DNA of 64,000 nt from a virus. The notes below the pieces were generated by a model that worked only from the letters and a program-made list of their open reading frames with translations, was not told the origin of the DNA and did not search any database. The stretch covers positions 3,482-67,481 of the IMG/VR virus record IMGVR_UViG_3300002494_000005; one strand, 5' to 3'. Numbering within the stretch: the first letter of the stretch is position 1; every line of letters begins with the position of its first letter. A program made the position numbers and the translations under genes. This document shows, piece after piece, positions 55,819 to 63,851 of the stretch.

Positions 55819-56556
55819 TTACTCCCTGACAGACACTTCGGAATCTTTTACCAGCAGCTTAGCTTCAATGGCCTGCATTTCTGTGTTTACTACCCAAGAT
55901 GCCTTTCTGGCCACACCGTCCTTGTTGACGTGCTTTAGTATATCGCGTATAGCGTGCAAGTCTAACAGGGAACCTGTGTAGCCGTTATCCAGTGTGACCA
56001 TCACAGCTTTTTCGTTCACGTAACCATATCTCACCCCCTTGTAGTTATACCAGTACTTACGTTTGGCATGCAGGTACTTTCGTGGTCTTCGTTGTGGCTT
56101 ATAACCAGCTTTGCTCAAGTACACCTTAGTGTAACTGGTAACAGCGTTTCGAAGTATCTGCGCGATTTTACTACGCAACGCGTGAAAAGAGCGCTGATGG
56201 TAGTTACCGTTTGTGTCTATCAAACTGTACAAGTAGACAGTATACGCCGCGTAGATGTGCGTGTTTCTGTTAAGAGCAGCTAAAGGACCATAGATTTGAA
56301 TGGTAACTGACTGTTCGCCATTTTTCAAGTAATCACGTACGCTGCTGGCAAGTACACCAGCGTAGTTTTTGAAGTGCTTGTTAGTTGGCGACGCTAAACG
56401 TCGAGTACCGTCACGTCTATAGGCCCTCTTTAGTAATCCCCAATGTCTAGGACCGCGGACAGTATACCTAAACGGAAGTTCATGTATTAGCTGTCCTCTA
56501 TCGCCGGTCATCACAATCTTAAGTTCCGCTTTCACCGGAAATGCTTGTGTGTTCAT
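55819..56556 (-). CDS. Basic hypothetical protein (tandem paralogue 1)
   Basis: Shares FPV..HxLPFRYTV..HWGLLK.AY..SPTNKHF with its neighbour. Confidence 0.75.
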   Translation of the reverse strand: MNTQAFPVKAELKIVMTGDRGQLIHELPFRYTVRGPRHWGLLKRAYRRDGTRRLASPTNKHFKNYAGVLASSVRDYLKNGEQSVTIQIYGPLAALNRNTHIYAAYTVYLYSLIDTNGNYHQRSFHALRSKIAQILRNAVTSYTKVYLSKAGYKPQRRPRKYLHAKRKYWYNYKGVRYGYVNEKAVMVTLDNGYTGSLLDLHAIRDILKHVNKDGVARKASWVVNTEMQAIEAKLLVKDSEVSVRE

Positions 56557-56600
56557 ACACTTTGTCCTCTTTAGGGCCCCTGCCCCAAATGAACCGCCAG

Positions 56601-57347
56601 TCAGAACTCTAGGTCATCAAACTTTTCCCTTATCGTAACACAACCATTAGTGTGTAAGAGTTCAGCTTCTATCGCTTGTTCTGGAGTATTCACTGCCCAA
56701 AACACATAAGAGTTTTGGGCATACCTAAGTATTTCTGGTAGTATCTTGACGTCAAGCAGTGAACCCTTGTATCCGTAGTCAATGTTAACAAATGCTTCTT
56801 TCGGGGTTATCAAGGCTTCCATTAAGCCCTTGTAACCACGCCACTCTTTACGCTTATCACGCAAGTACTTCCTAGGACGCTTTTGAGGACGGTAGCCCAT
56901 CTTGTCGAGGTAAACGCTCATGAAGGTTACCAAAGCCTTGCGTATCGTGTTTTTCATCAAGCCTCTAATGGCGTAGAACGGGAGCTTATAACGCTGTTTG
57001 ACACTTGCAAGTGCAAACAAGTGAAAGACTTTGTTAGCGTAAACGTCTTCTTGTCTATGTTCGTGTACAAGGTTTGGTCCTACTACTTGCACAGAGACGG
57101 TACCGTGTTCGCCTAGATAGTCTAGTAGTGTATTCGTCATGGCACTAGCAAACTTGGTGAAGTGTTTATTCGTTGGTGACGACACATGTCTAACACCGTT
57201 AGACTGGTACGCTTTCTTTAGCAGTCCCCAATGCTTAGCGTGCTTTACAGTGTACCTGAACGGTAACTTATGGAGTAGCGTACCATTATCACTAAGAAAC
57301 CTAACCCAAAGCTGTACACTGACTGGAAATATGTCTTTCTCCTTCAT
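56601..57347 (-). CDS. Basic hypothetical protein (tandem paralogue 2)
   Basis: GAGG RBS before ATG 57347; shared motifs. Confidence 0.75.
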   Translation of the reverse strand: MKEKDIFPVSVQLWVRFLSDNGTLLHKLPFRYTVKHAKHWGLLKKAYQSNGVRHVSSPTNKHFTKFASAMTNTLLDYLGEHGTVSVQVVGPNLVHEHRQEDVYANKVFHLFALASVKQRYKLPFYAIRGLMKNTIRKALVTFMSVYLDKMGYRPQKRPRKYLRDKRKEWRGYKGLMEALITPKEAFVNIDYGYKGSLLDVKILPEILRYAQNSYVFWAVNTPEQAIEAELLHTNGCVTIREKFDDLEF

Positions 57348-57357
57348 GTTCACCTCA

Positions 57358-57636
57358 CTACCATAGCCACCACCAGAGTGATTTCTTTTCTTCAGCACTG
57401 TAACGTTCAAATCTAACTTCATCTCCCATGCACCAGGCGCGGAGCGCCATCTTCTCTCTACTCCTCCTTCTTCTAGCCTTTTCACGTTTAAAGTCTTTAT
57501 ATCCCTTGCTCCTTATTCCCTTCTGAGACTTGTAGAACTTTCTCACGTAAGCGTCTATGTCGTTTACCAAGAACATCACTTTAGCCTTCATCCTACGCTT
57601 AGCTACCTTCCTTTGCATCAGCTTCTCCTGATACAT
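57358..57636 (-). CDS. Small very basic protein
   Basis: K/R-rich, coupled to its neighbours. Confidence 0.6.
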   Translation of the reverse strand: MYQEKLMQRKVAKRRMKAKVMFLVNDIDAYVRKFYKSQKGIRSKGYKDFKREKARRRRSREKMALRAWCMGDEVRFERYSAEEKKSLWWWLW

Positions 57637-57637
57637 A

Positions 57638-57718
57638 CTACCACCCCTCTTTGCTAGCTATCACACCAACGACAATGACGATAACAGCGTATATGAAAAG
57701 CCACAAAGGTATGTCCAC
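57638..57718 (-). CDS. 26-aa single-TM peptide (not in the ORF track)
   Basis: AGGAGG RBS, GTG start, MDIPLWLFIYAVIVIVVGVIASKEGW*, stop abuts the next start. Confidence 0.6.
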   Translation of the reverse strand: MDIPLWLFIYAVIVIVVGVIASKEGW

Positions 57719-58179
57719 GACTCACCTCCTGTCTAGTTATCAAGATACTTAAGCAAGTAGCGGTGATGAAGTTAAGCTAGCTAACTTATTAAGCTGATTA
57801 AGTAATATGACTCAGTTAGCTTAGTAAGTTATCTAGTTAGCTTTAATAATCGACTGTTAATGTCTTAGATATTTCTGATTTGATAAATGAACGTAACTAG
57901 ATATTAATGTTCAATATTAGCAAGTAGTGGTGATTAAGTTAAGTTAACTATCTAGCTAGATTAATTTATCTACCGCTACCATCTAGGATAACTAGCTAGA
58001 TTAATTAATCGAACTAAGTAACTAGTTAAAGTCACAATTATGTTACTTCTAGCCAGATTAACTAAACAGGCACTATTGTCTAATATTAAACGCTAAGACG
58101 GCAACGTCTTTAAACGACGTTGCCGTCTATAGCTAATTCTGTTTAGTTATTATTCTGTAGCCCCGTTTCTCCGCCATTA

Positions 58180-58208
58180 TGTATAGCATGTATTTTTGTT
58201 TTTGTCAA
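58180..58208 (-). promoter_or_regulatory. Sigma70-type promoter
   Basis: Minus strand TTGACA-N17-TATACA with TGn extension. Confidence 0.65.
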
Positions 58209-58567
58209 TAGGTCAATAGCGAGTAGCTGGTATGAAAAGTGTGAATGGAAAATGTTGTCGGGTTGTGTGAGATATCAATGTTGGGTTGTGTGAGGTGAAC
58301 TGAAATTGCTGACGTCCCCCGAAACTATCAAACCCATCACTATAAAATCCAAAGCACTATCTATTTCATACTTACTTGACACATGTCAACTACCTAATCC
58401 TGACCCGCTACTTGCTTAACGTGTTTAACCGAATTAACTATGTTCGCGTGGTCAGTGTCGTCTTCAATAACAACACTGACCACACTCACTAGCAGCTAGT
58501 GTTAGCTACTATGATAGCTGACTTGGTTAACTTACTTCCAGCCCCGCTTCTCCGCCATTATAATTAT

Positions 58568-58596
58568 ATCATATAGCTTGTTTTTTTGTTTGTCAA
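58568..58596 (-). promoter_or_regulatory. Sigma70-type promoter
   Basis: Minus strand TTGACA-N17-TATGAT. Confidence 0.65.
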
Positions 58597-59109
58597 GCGT
58601 CACTATCATATGTCAGTAACGTATTTTTTGCTTGTCAAGAGGTAATATTAACGTGTGATATTAGCACACTACACTATGCCGCTACCGTCATAATACCAGT
58701 TGTGATAATAGCGACTGGTGTCGTTTTAAGCGACACCAGTCGCGTGACACGAATAGCTGACAGTCGTCATAGCTGTTAGCTTTAACGACACTGACTACAC
58801 TGTTATGAACTACATTGACCAGCTACTTGCTTTGAACTTAGCCGATAAATAACGACTGGTGTCGTCCTTGAAGACGGCACCAGTCGCGAAATAGCTATTA
58901 GACGGTAGCGGTGATAATAGCGCTGATTTATGGCTGATGTTAGCTAACTATCCTGACCCGATACTGTCTTAACTGATTTGCTAGACGGTAGCGGTTGGGA
59001 TTGGACGACACTGCTGGGATTAACGACATTGACTTGCAGCATCGTTGTTGTGAACGACATACTCTGCGTTACTCCACCGTTTACCGTGAGCCCACTGTTT
59101 ACCGCATAG

Positions 59110-59141
59110 AGCCGAGTTAGCCCCTTGCGGGGCTAACCGGC
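59110..59141 (-). terminator. Hairpin after early gene
   Basis: GTTAGCCCC-TTGC-GGGGCTAAC directly after the stop codon. Confidence 0.5.
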
Positions 59142-59143
59142 TT

Positions 59144-59839
59144 TTACACCTCTCCGAATCCAGTTATGCTTAGGGCAGTACTTGCCATCTTGGAGGCTAT
59201 TAGTTTAGCCTTCTCAGTAGAGTACCAGCCCCTTAGGAGTTCACCAGACACCCCGAGCAGAGTGTCAGTGGCGAACTCAATGTGTCTCTCTTCGGCTAGA
59301 TGGGTAACCGAATAGTTAGCGGTCACCTCATCTCCTAGCAGCTCAACGATAACCTCAAGGGCCGTCAGGCCCTTGAAGTTACCTCCCCGAGTAACCCTGA
59401 AGCCGAATGTGAGTCTGCCTGGAGCGCTTTCTATCGTGAAACTACCACGGCCAGTAGCCGTGGTGTGGTGCCACACGCACCCGTACTGTCCAACCTTGAC
59501 TCCCGGGCTGTTAATGCCCGGGATGTCGTCTTTCATGTAGGTGTGCCTAGTTAACTCAGCAATAGTATCACCCTCTAGAACGAGGTCAAGAAAGTCTTTT
59601 TGCGCAGCCTCGCGAATAAGGTTCGCGAGGCCAGTGGCTTCTCTCGCGGACATTCCCTTCAGATAGAAGGGATTGTCTGGGAGCGCGGCCAACAAGGCCG
59701 CGCCCTCCAGTCCCCTTCCGACCACTTCTACAAAAGAGGGCCAGGTACCCCCAATGTACCTGGCCCACCTATGACCGAGATAGCTAGCGACGGCCACCAC
59801 AATGGCGGCCAAAGTGAGGTCGTACTTGCTCTTGTTCAT
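59144..59839 (-). CDS. Hypothetical early protein
   Basis: About 231-aa ORF with hydrophobic N-terminus. Confidence 0.65.
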   Translation of the reverse strand: MNKSKYDLTLAAIVVAVASYLGHRWARYIGGTWPSFVEVVGRGLEGAALLAALPDNPFYLKGMSAREATGLANLIREAAQKDFLDLVLEGDTIAELTRHTYMKDDIPGINSPGVKVGQYGCVWHHTTATGRGSFTIESAPGRLTFGFRVTRGGNFKGLTALEVIVELLGDEVTANYSVTHLAEERHIEFATDTLLGVSGELLRGWYSTEKAKLIASKMASTALSITGFGEV

Positions 59840-59913
59840 GTTCACCTACCTTCCGGGTCTGTTCACTTGAAGGGTTGGGTTATCCGGAAACACCCAACCC
59901 TTTGTTTTAAATA

Positions 59914-60077
59914 CCCCTGTAGCCCCGTAAAACGGCTTATACGGCCTTGGAGACAGTGCCCTAGTGGTAGACATTAGGGCAAGAGTACCAAAATCAGGAT
60001 TATGCCGATACTCATCGGCAAAAGCCCGATTTTGGCATCTTTAGGTCCAAGGCCGTATAAGCCATTTTACGCGGTTA
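59914..60077 (+). repeat. Long inverted-repeat element, copy B
   Basis: Same IR arms and inner hairpin as copy A, plus an extra nested hairpin. Confidence 0.85.
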
Positions 60078-60113
60078 TCCACAGGCTGGTGATAGCCTGT
60101 GGATAACTTTCAC

Positions 60114-60356
60114 TTACTTACACTCGCTGAGTATTTTCGCTAGTAATGACCGAACAATGTTTTGGTCAGCCTTGGGCAACTCATAAAGAGTTGCCAAAAG
60201 CTTTTTCCGCTCCTGAACGGTTACCTGCTCTGGAGCGAGCAGCATCACGCCGACCACTTGGTATAGGTCGGCGTACAACTCCCCTAGCCGACTGCCGTCA
60301 TGGAATGACGCCAATCCGGCTAGGATATCCAGCAGCACTGTTTCTTTATCACGCAT
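60114..60356 (-). CDS. Hypothetical early protein
   Basis: Coupled ORF. Confidence 0.6.
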   Translation of the reverse strand: MRDKETVLLDILAGLASFHDGSRLGELYADLYQVVGVMLLAPEQVTVQERKKLLATLYELPKADQNIVRSLLAKILSECK

Positions 60357-60795
60357 CTCTCACCCTCTCCAGAGCTTGGTCCAGCCACTCTGGAGTTATC
60401 CGATAACCGTCCACCGTTCCGGTATAGTGGACGGTACCGGTGGGAGACACTTCCCACCGGTCCCAATAGTCCATGGAACCCCATCCGCTGAATACGGATG
60501 AGCTGCCGTCCTCACGCAGGTCCAGGCTAGTCTGCGTGAGGTCATTCTCAACGGCTAGACGGATAGCGCCGTCGAGCTTAACCAGAAAGACGTCGTGCTC
60601 GTGGTTGCTGGTGTCAAGAGTTAGGAAGCCCTTAAGCAGGTTAAGCTGAGTTTTATTAAGAATGAACTCCGTTGGCTTAACAAACAGGCCAGTAACGGTG
60701 ACACCAACACCAGCGTCGGTGTTGCTAAACGTTACACCATTGTGGCTGACCTCACGCTCGTTACCGCTCAGTAGCTTCTTCAGCTGGCTCAACAT
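60349..60795 (-). CDS. Hypothetical early protein
   Basis: GGAGG RBS. Confidence 0.7.
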   Translation of the reverse strand: MLSQLKKLLSGNEREVSHNGVTFSNTDAGVGVTVTGLFVKPTEFILNKTQLNLLKGFLTLDTSNHEHDVFLVKLDGAIRLAVENDLTQTSLDLREDGSSSVFSGWGSMDYWDRWEVSPTGTVHYTGTVDGYRITPEWLDQALERVRDA

Positions 60796-60813
60796 ACTAC
60801 CCTCCCCGTGTAC

Positions 60814-61083
60814 CTACTTTTCCCGCTTTATGTGGTGGAGTACACTGTCGTACTCCACCGCAAACACCTGGTACTCTCTTCCGTCCACCGTGTAGTGGCC
60901 TGCCATTACAGGTAGGTTTTTGACAACAAAAGTCTCCGGAAGCGAGTACAGGTTGCTCACTTTATCAGAGAAGATGGTCATGGTGTGGAAGGTATTTTCA
61001 TTGATGAGCCGGTATTTACGATAATACCGGCCGTTCTTGGCCTTCCCCACCATATTGTCGAGTTTGTTTATCCAATTAAGCAT
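60814..61083 (-). CDS. Hypothetical early protein
   Basis: GAGGA RBS, coupled. Confidence 0.65.
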   Translation of the reverse strand: MLNWINKLDNMVGKAKNGRYYRKYRLINENTFHTMTIFSDKVSNLYSLPETFVVKNLPVMAGHYTVDGREYQVFAVEYDSVLHHIKREK

Positions 61084-61324
61084 AGCTTTCCTCCTCTACA
61101 GACTCAAGAAGATTGTTTAGTGCGTGGATAAGATTCTCCTGCTGGTCGTTGAAGTAAACCCGGTGGGTGTTCTTGTCGAGGTACAACGTTATATAACCGC
61201 TGTACCTGAACTCAGTGTCCCTGAGCTTACGAATAAGCTCGCGGGACAAGCACACACCCTCGATTTCTTCTTTTACCCTACCCCTGCCATCGTACAACTC
61301 GACGCTGATTAACGCTTTAGTCAT
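61076..61324 (-). CDS. Hypothetical early protein
   Basis: AGGAG RBS. Confidence 0.65.
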   Translation of the reverse strand: MTKALISVELYDGRGRVKEEIEGVCLSRELIRKLRDTEFRYSGYITLYLDKNTHRVYFNDQQENLIHALNNLLESVEEESYA

Positions 61325-61349
61325 GTTTCTACTCCTTTCTGGAGGTTAC

Positions 61350-61422
61350 CCTCCGTTCAACAGGCGCGGAGCGCCTGTCTTCTCTTTTTAAAGTAACCTC
61401 CATTCGACACGCGCGGAGCGCG
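61350..61422 (-). promoter_or_regulatory. Tandem copies of the CGCTCCGCG-N9-YGGAGG motif (candidate phage-RNAP promoters)
   Basis: Two intergenic copies pointing into the early operon; the motif recurs genome-wide. Confidence 0.55.
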
Positions 61423-61530
61423 ATTATCTCTACTGTCTGTGTCTCTTTTTTCTGTAGAGGTGGTGGTGGTGGGTGGATAAGACGGCGATGTGGGTGGGAC
61501 ATCGCCGTCAGGAACGGTGTTCGTAAACAT

Positions 61531-61691
61531 CCGGCTTAAAACGGCTTATACGGCCTTGGGGTTCAAAACTTGGAATAGCGACTTTTGCGATAACTATCGT
61601 AAAAGCCTCAAATTAGGTGTTTAGCCCTAATGTCTAACACTAGCCCCCCTGTCCGAAGGCCGTATAAACCGTTTTACGGGCTTACAGGGGC
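61531..61691 (-). repeat. Long inverted-repeat element, copy C (opposite orientation)
   Basis: Reverse complement matches the arms and inner hairpin of copies A and B. Confidence 0.85.
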
Positions 61692-61713
61692 ATTTTAAGA
61701 GATGCATGGGAAT

Positions 61714-61743
61714 ATCCCGGAGGGTTTTACAACCCTCCGGGAT
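61714..61743 (-). terminator. Hairpin downstream of the RNAP gene
   Basis: ATCCCGGAGGGTT-TTAC-AACCCTCCGGGAT. Confidence 0.5.
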
Positions 61744-61763
61744 TCGGGGGGTGGTAGAGTTGG

Positions 61764-63851
61764 TTAGATGGCCTGGAACTCTACCACCCTTCCCCGGACC
61801 TTAGTGACGGTGTACTGGACGCCGGCCTTGATGAAGCCGGTGTCGTCCAGTAACTCATACCGAGCGCCGTCTATTTCAAACCGGCGCTCAATTGCCTCTT
61901 GCTCTTCCACTTCGAAGACATCGCCTTCCGCGAGGGTGTGGCTACCCTCGCGGAGGATGGCTACCATCACCTCCTTACCGAAGGTGCTGTAGAGCTCCTG
62001 CAGCACCTCCGGATGTACCAGGAACACCCACTCGCTAGAGTGGGCGTTGCCCACCAACCACCTTGAGAACTCTTTCCAGTCCTCCTCGGGGATTTCGAGG
62101 AGGTACTCTGGACCGCGTACGTGAACGAATTCTTTAATCTCCCTGTTAATTTGCCAGGCCAGCTGGCCATCATCCCGCGCGATGGCCTCAGCCTTCAGCC
62201 TCTTCAGGTGGGTGAGATAGTCATACACCCACCTGTCCTTCGGCTCAACATTACGGGAGAAGGCCTTCACCTTCTCCTCCGTTAGCCACAAGCGGGGCTG
62301 GAGCTTATTCAGCCCTGCGATGGCCTCAGTGACCCTGGTCCAGAGCTTGGTTGCCCACTCTGGACCGTTAATTGGTTTGTTGCCCTCCCGCAAGGCGTCC
62401 ATCCAAGTGCTACCAGCCAGCTGGGTGGCGATGCCCAACAGATTGCTAAGAAGCGGGTACCAGGGCTGGTCTTCGATTCGCCCCACCCGCTTCTTTAACG
62501 AGATTACAGTCTGGATGGCCGCGGTGAATAGCCCGCGGCCATCGTTGTCCAACTTCCCGACCGCCAGCAACCTCCTGGCGGCCAGGTCAAACACGCCAAT
62601 ATTGGTGGCAACTTCGTTTTGCCACCGCATGAGTCTTTCCTCTACCGTGTTGCCCTCCAACTTCCTACCAGAGGGCTTGATAGACTGCAAGTCCAGCCAC
62701 CCCTCCGGTACCTCGTAGTCCTCTACCGGCGCGCTGTAGAATATTACAGCGTCGTCGCCATCGTGGTCTCCCCCAAGGAGACCACTCCACTGTTTGTCGT
62801 TTGCGGGGAATACCACGAAGTTACCCTCGTGGTATCCGGCTACACGGTAGATACCCCAACCCTGGCTGGGTAGGGCTGGATTCCGCCCTACCCAAATAGT
62901 GCCGCCGACTTTTGTATACCTTTTAGCCGTAGTCGGCAGCAACACCTCCCCGCTCTTCAGGAGCGGGGAAGCGGTAGTCTTGGCCCTGAGACCATACTCA
63001 GGGCCAAATTTTATTCTGCGAAGCAATTTACGCAACTCGCCGCTCAGGTGTTCCCTGAGCGACGCCAGCGTGACGTTCCAGGCGGGGCTAAAGCCCAACG
63101 CGGTCAAGTACCCCGTGGTAGTCCACGGGGTAGTCCTAAACTCCAGAATTCGGCTGATTTCTTTTTCCAGCGCTTCCCACAGCCAGGCTGCGGGTTCGTT
63201 GCCTCGCGTCCAGTATTCGAGTTCCTGGACGCTAATGGCTGGACGCGGCCGATAGACCGCGTCCACCGTGAGGATGGTTGTGTATTCGGTCCTTACAGGA
63301 CCGAATTTTTTCCAAGACTGTGGGAACACGGTCGGCTTTTCGCCGACCAGTGCCCTACGCAGGGTGCCCTTTGCGGACACCTTGTTCTCCAAGTCAAATA
63401 CCGTGACCTGGGCCAGCCCGGCATCGGCTGGCAGGTCGAAGGACTGGAGCAGTCGGCTCCAGTCCTTCTCGTCTAGTATTGCCAGGAGTCCCTCGTCTTC
63501 CTGGGACTCCTGGTAGCCGTCCCACGTGAATACCGTGGGGCTAACACACAGCTTTCCGGGCCGCAGCATACTAGCTGCGGCCCAGTGTGAATCTTGGGCC
63601 GCGGCTTCGAGCCAGCGGCCCACTTCTTCCTTTTTGACGTATACGAGTCTATGGGCGTTACCGCCCACAAATTCGTACACATTATCGATTACGGCCTCGG
63701 GTTTATCCGAGGCCGTGGTAATCTTTACGATACCATCATATTTGGCGTGTAGGCTTTCTGGAGCCCACACGCCTCCAACCATTTCGCCCGTGTATACCAC
63801 GGGCGTTTCTACCATCTTGCTTTCTACTATCTTTTTGAATCTTTCAAGCAT
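61764..63851 (-). CDS. Single-chain two-barrel (DPBB) phage RNA polymerase, P23-45 gp64-like
   Basis: GRNPALP followed by GGDHDGDD (RxP...DxDGD catalytic loop); upstream AKG and WKK lysines as in the beta-like barrel; AAGGAGG RBS. Confidence 0.85.
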   Translation of the reverse strand: MLERFKKIVESKMVETPVVYTGEMVGGVWAPESLHAKYDGIVKITTASDKPEAVIDNVYEFVGGNAHRLVYVKKEEVGRWLEAAAQDSHWAAASMLRPGKLCVSPTVFTWDGYQESQEDEGLLAILDEKDWSRLLQSFDLPADAGLAQVTVFDLENKVSAKGTLRRALVGEKPTVFPQSWKKFGPVRTEYTTILTVDAVYRPRPAISVQELEYWTRGNEPAAWLWEALEKEISRILEFRTTPWTTTGYLTALGFSPAWNVTLASLREHLSGELRKLLRRIKFGPEYGLRAKTTASPLLKSGEVLLPTTAKRYTKVGGTIWVGRNPALPSQGWGIYRVAGYHEGNFVVFPANDKQWSGLLGGDHDGDDAVIFYSAPVEDYEVPEGWLDLQSIKPSGRKLEGNTVEERLMRWQNEVATNIGVFDLAARRLLAVGKLDNDGRGLFTAAIQTVISLKKRVGRIEDQPWYPLLSNLLGIATQLAGSTWMDALREGNKPINGPEWATKLWTRVTEAIAGLNKLQPRLWLTEEKVKAFSRNVEPKDRWVYDYLTHLKRLKAEAIARDDGQLAWQINREIKEFVHVRGPEYLLEIPEEDWKEFSRWLVGNAHSSEWVFLVHPEVLQELYSTFGKEVMVAILREGSHTLAEGDVFEVEEQEAIERRFEIDGARYELLDDTGFIKAGVQYTVTKVRGRVVEFQAI

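Larger units (their letters stand above)
57730..59100. other. AT-rich non-coding region; candidate replication origin or ncRNA locus
   Basis: No ORF of 60 aa or more; four related palindromes; repeated GTAGCGG and ACGACA motifs. Confidence 0.55.

Noticed and set aside
55219-55938. 239-aa plus-strand ORF
   Set aside because: Antisense to the well-supported MoxR gene
57730-59100. Possible CRISPR mini-array (Cas4-like gene present)
   Set aside because: The palindromes are not identical direct repeats, their spacing is irregular, and there is no repeat-spacer periodicity
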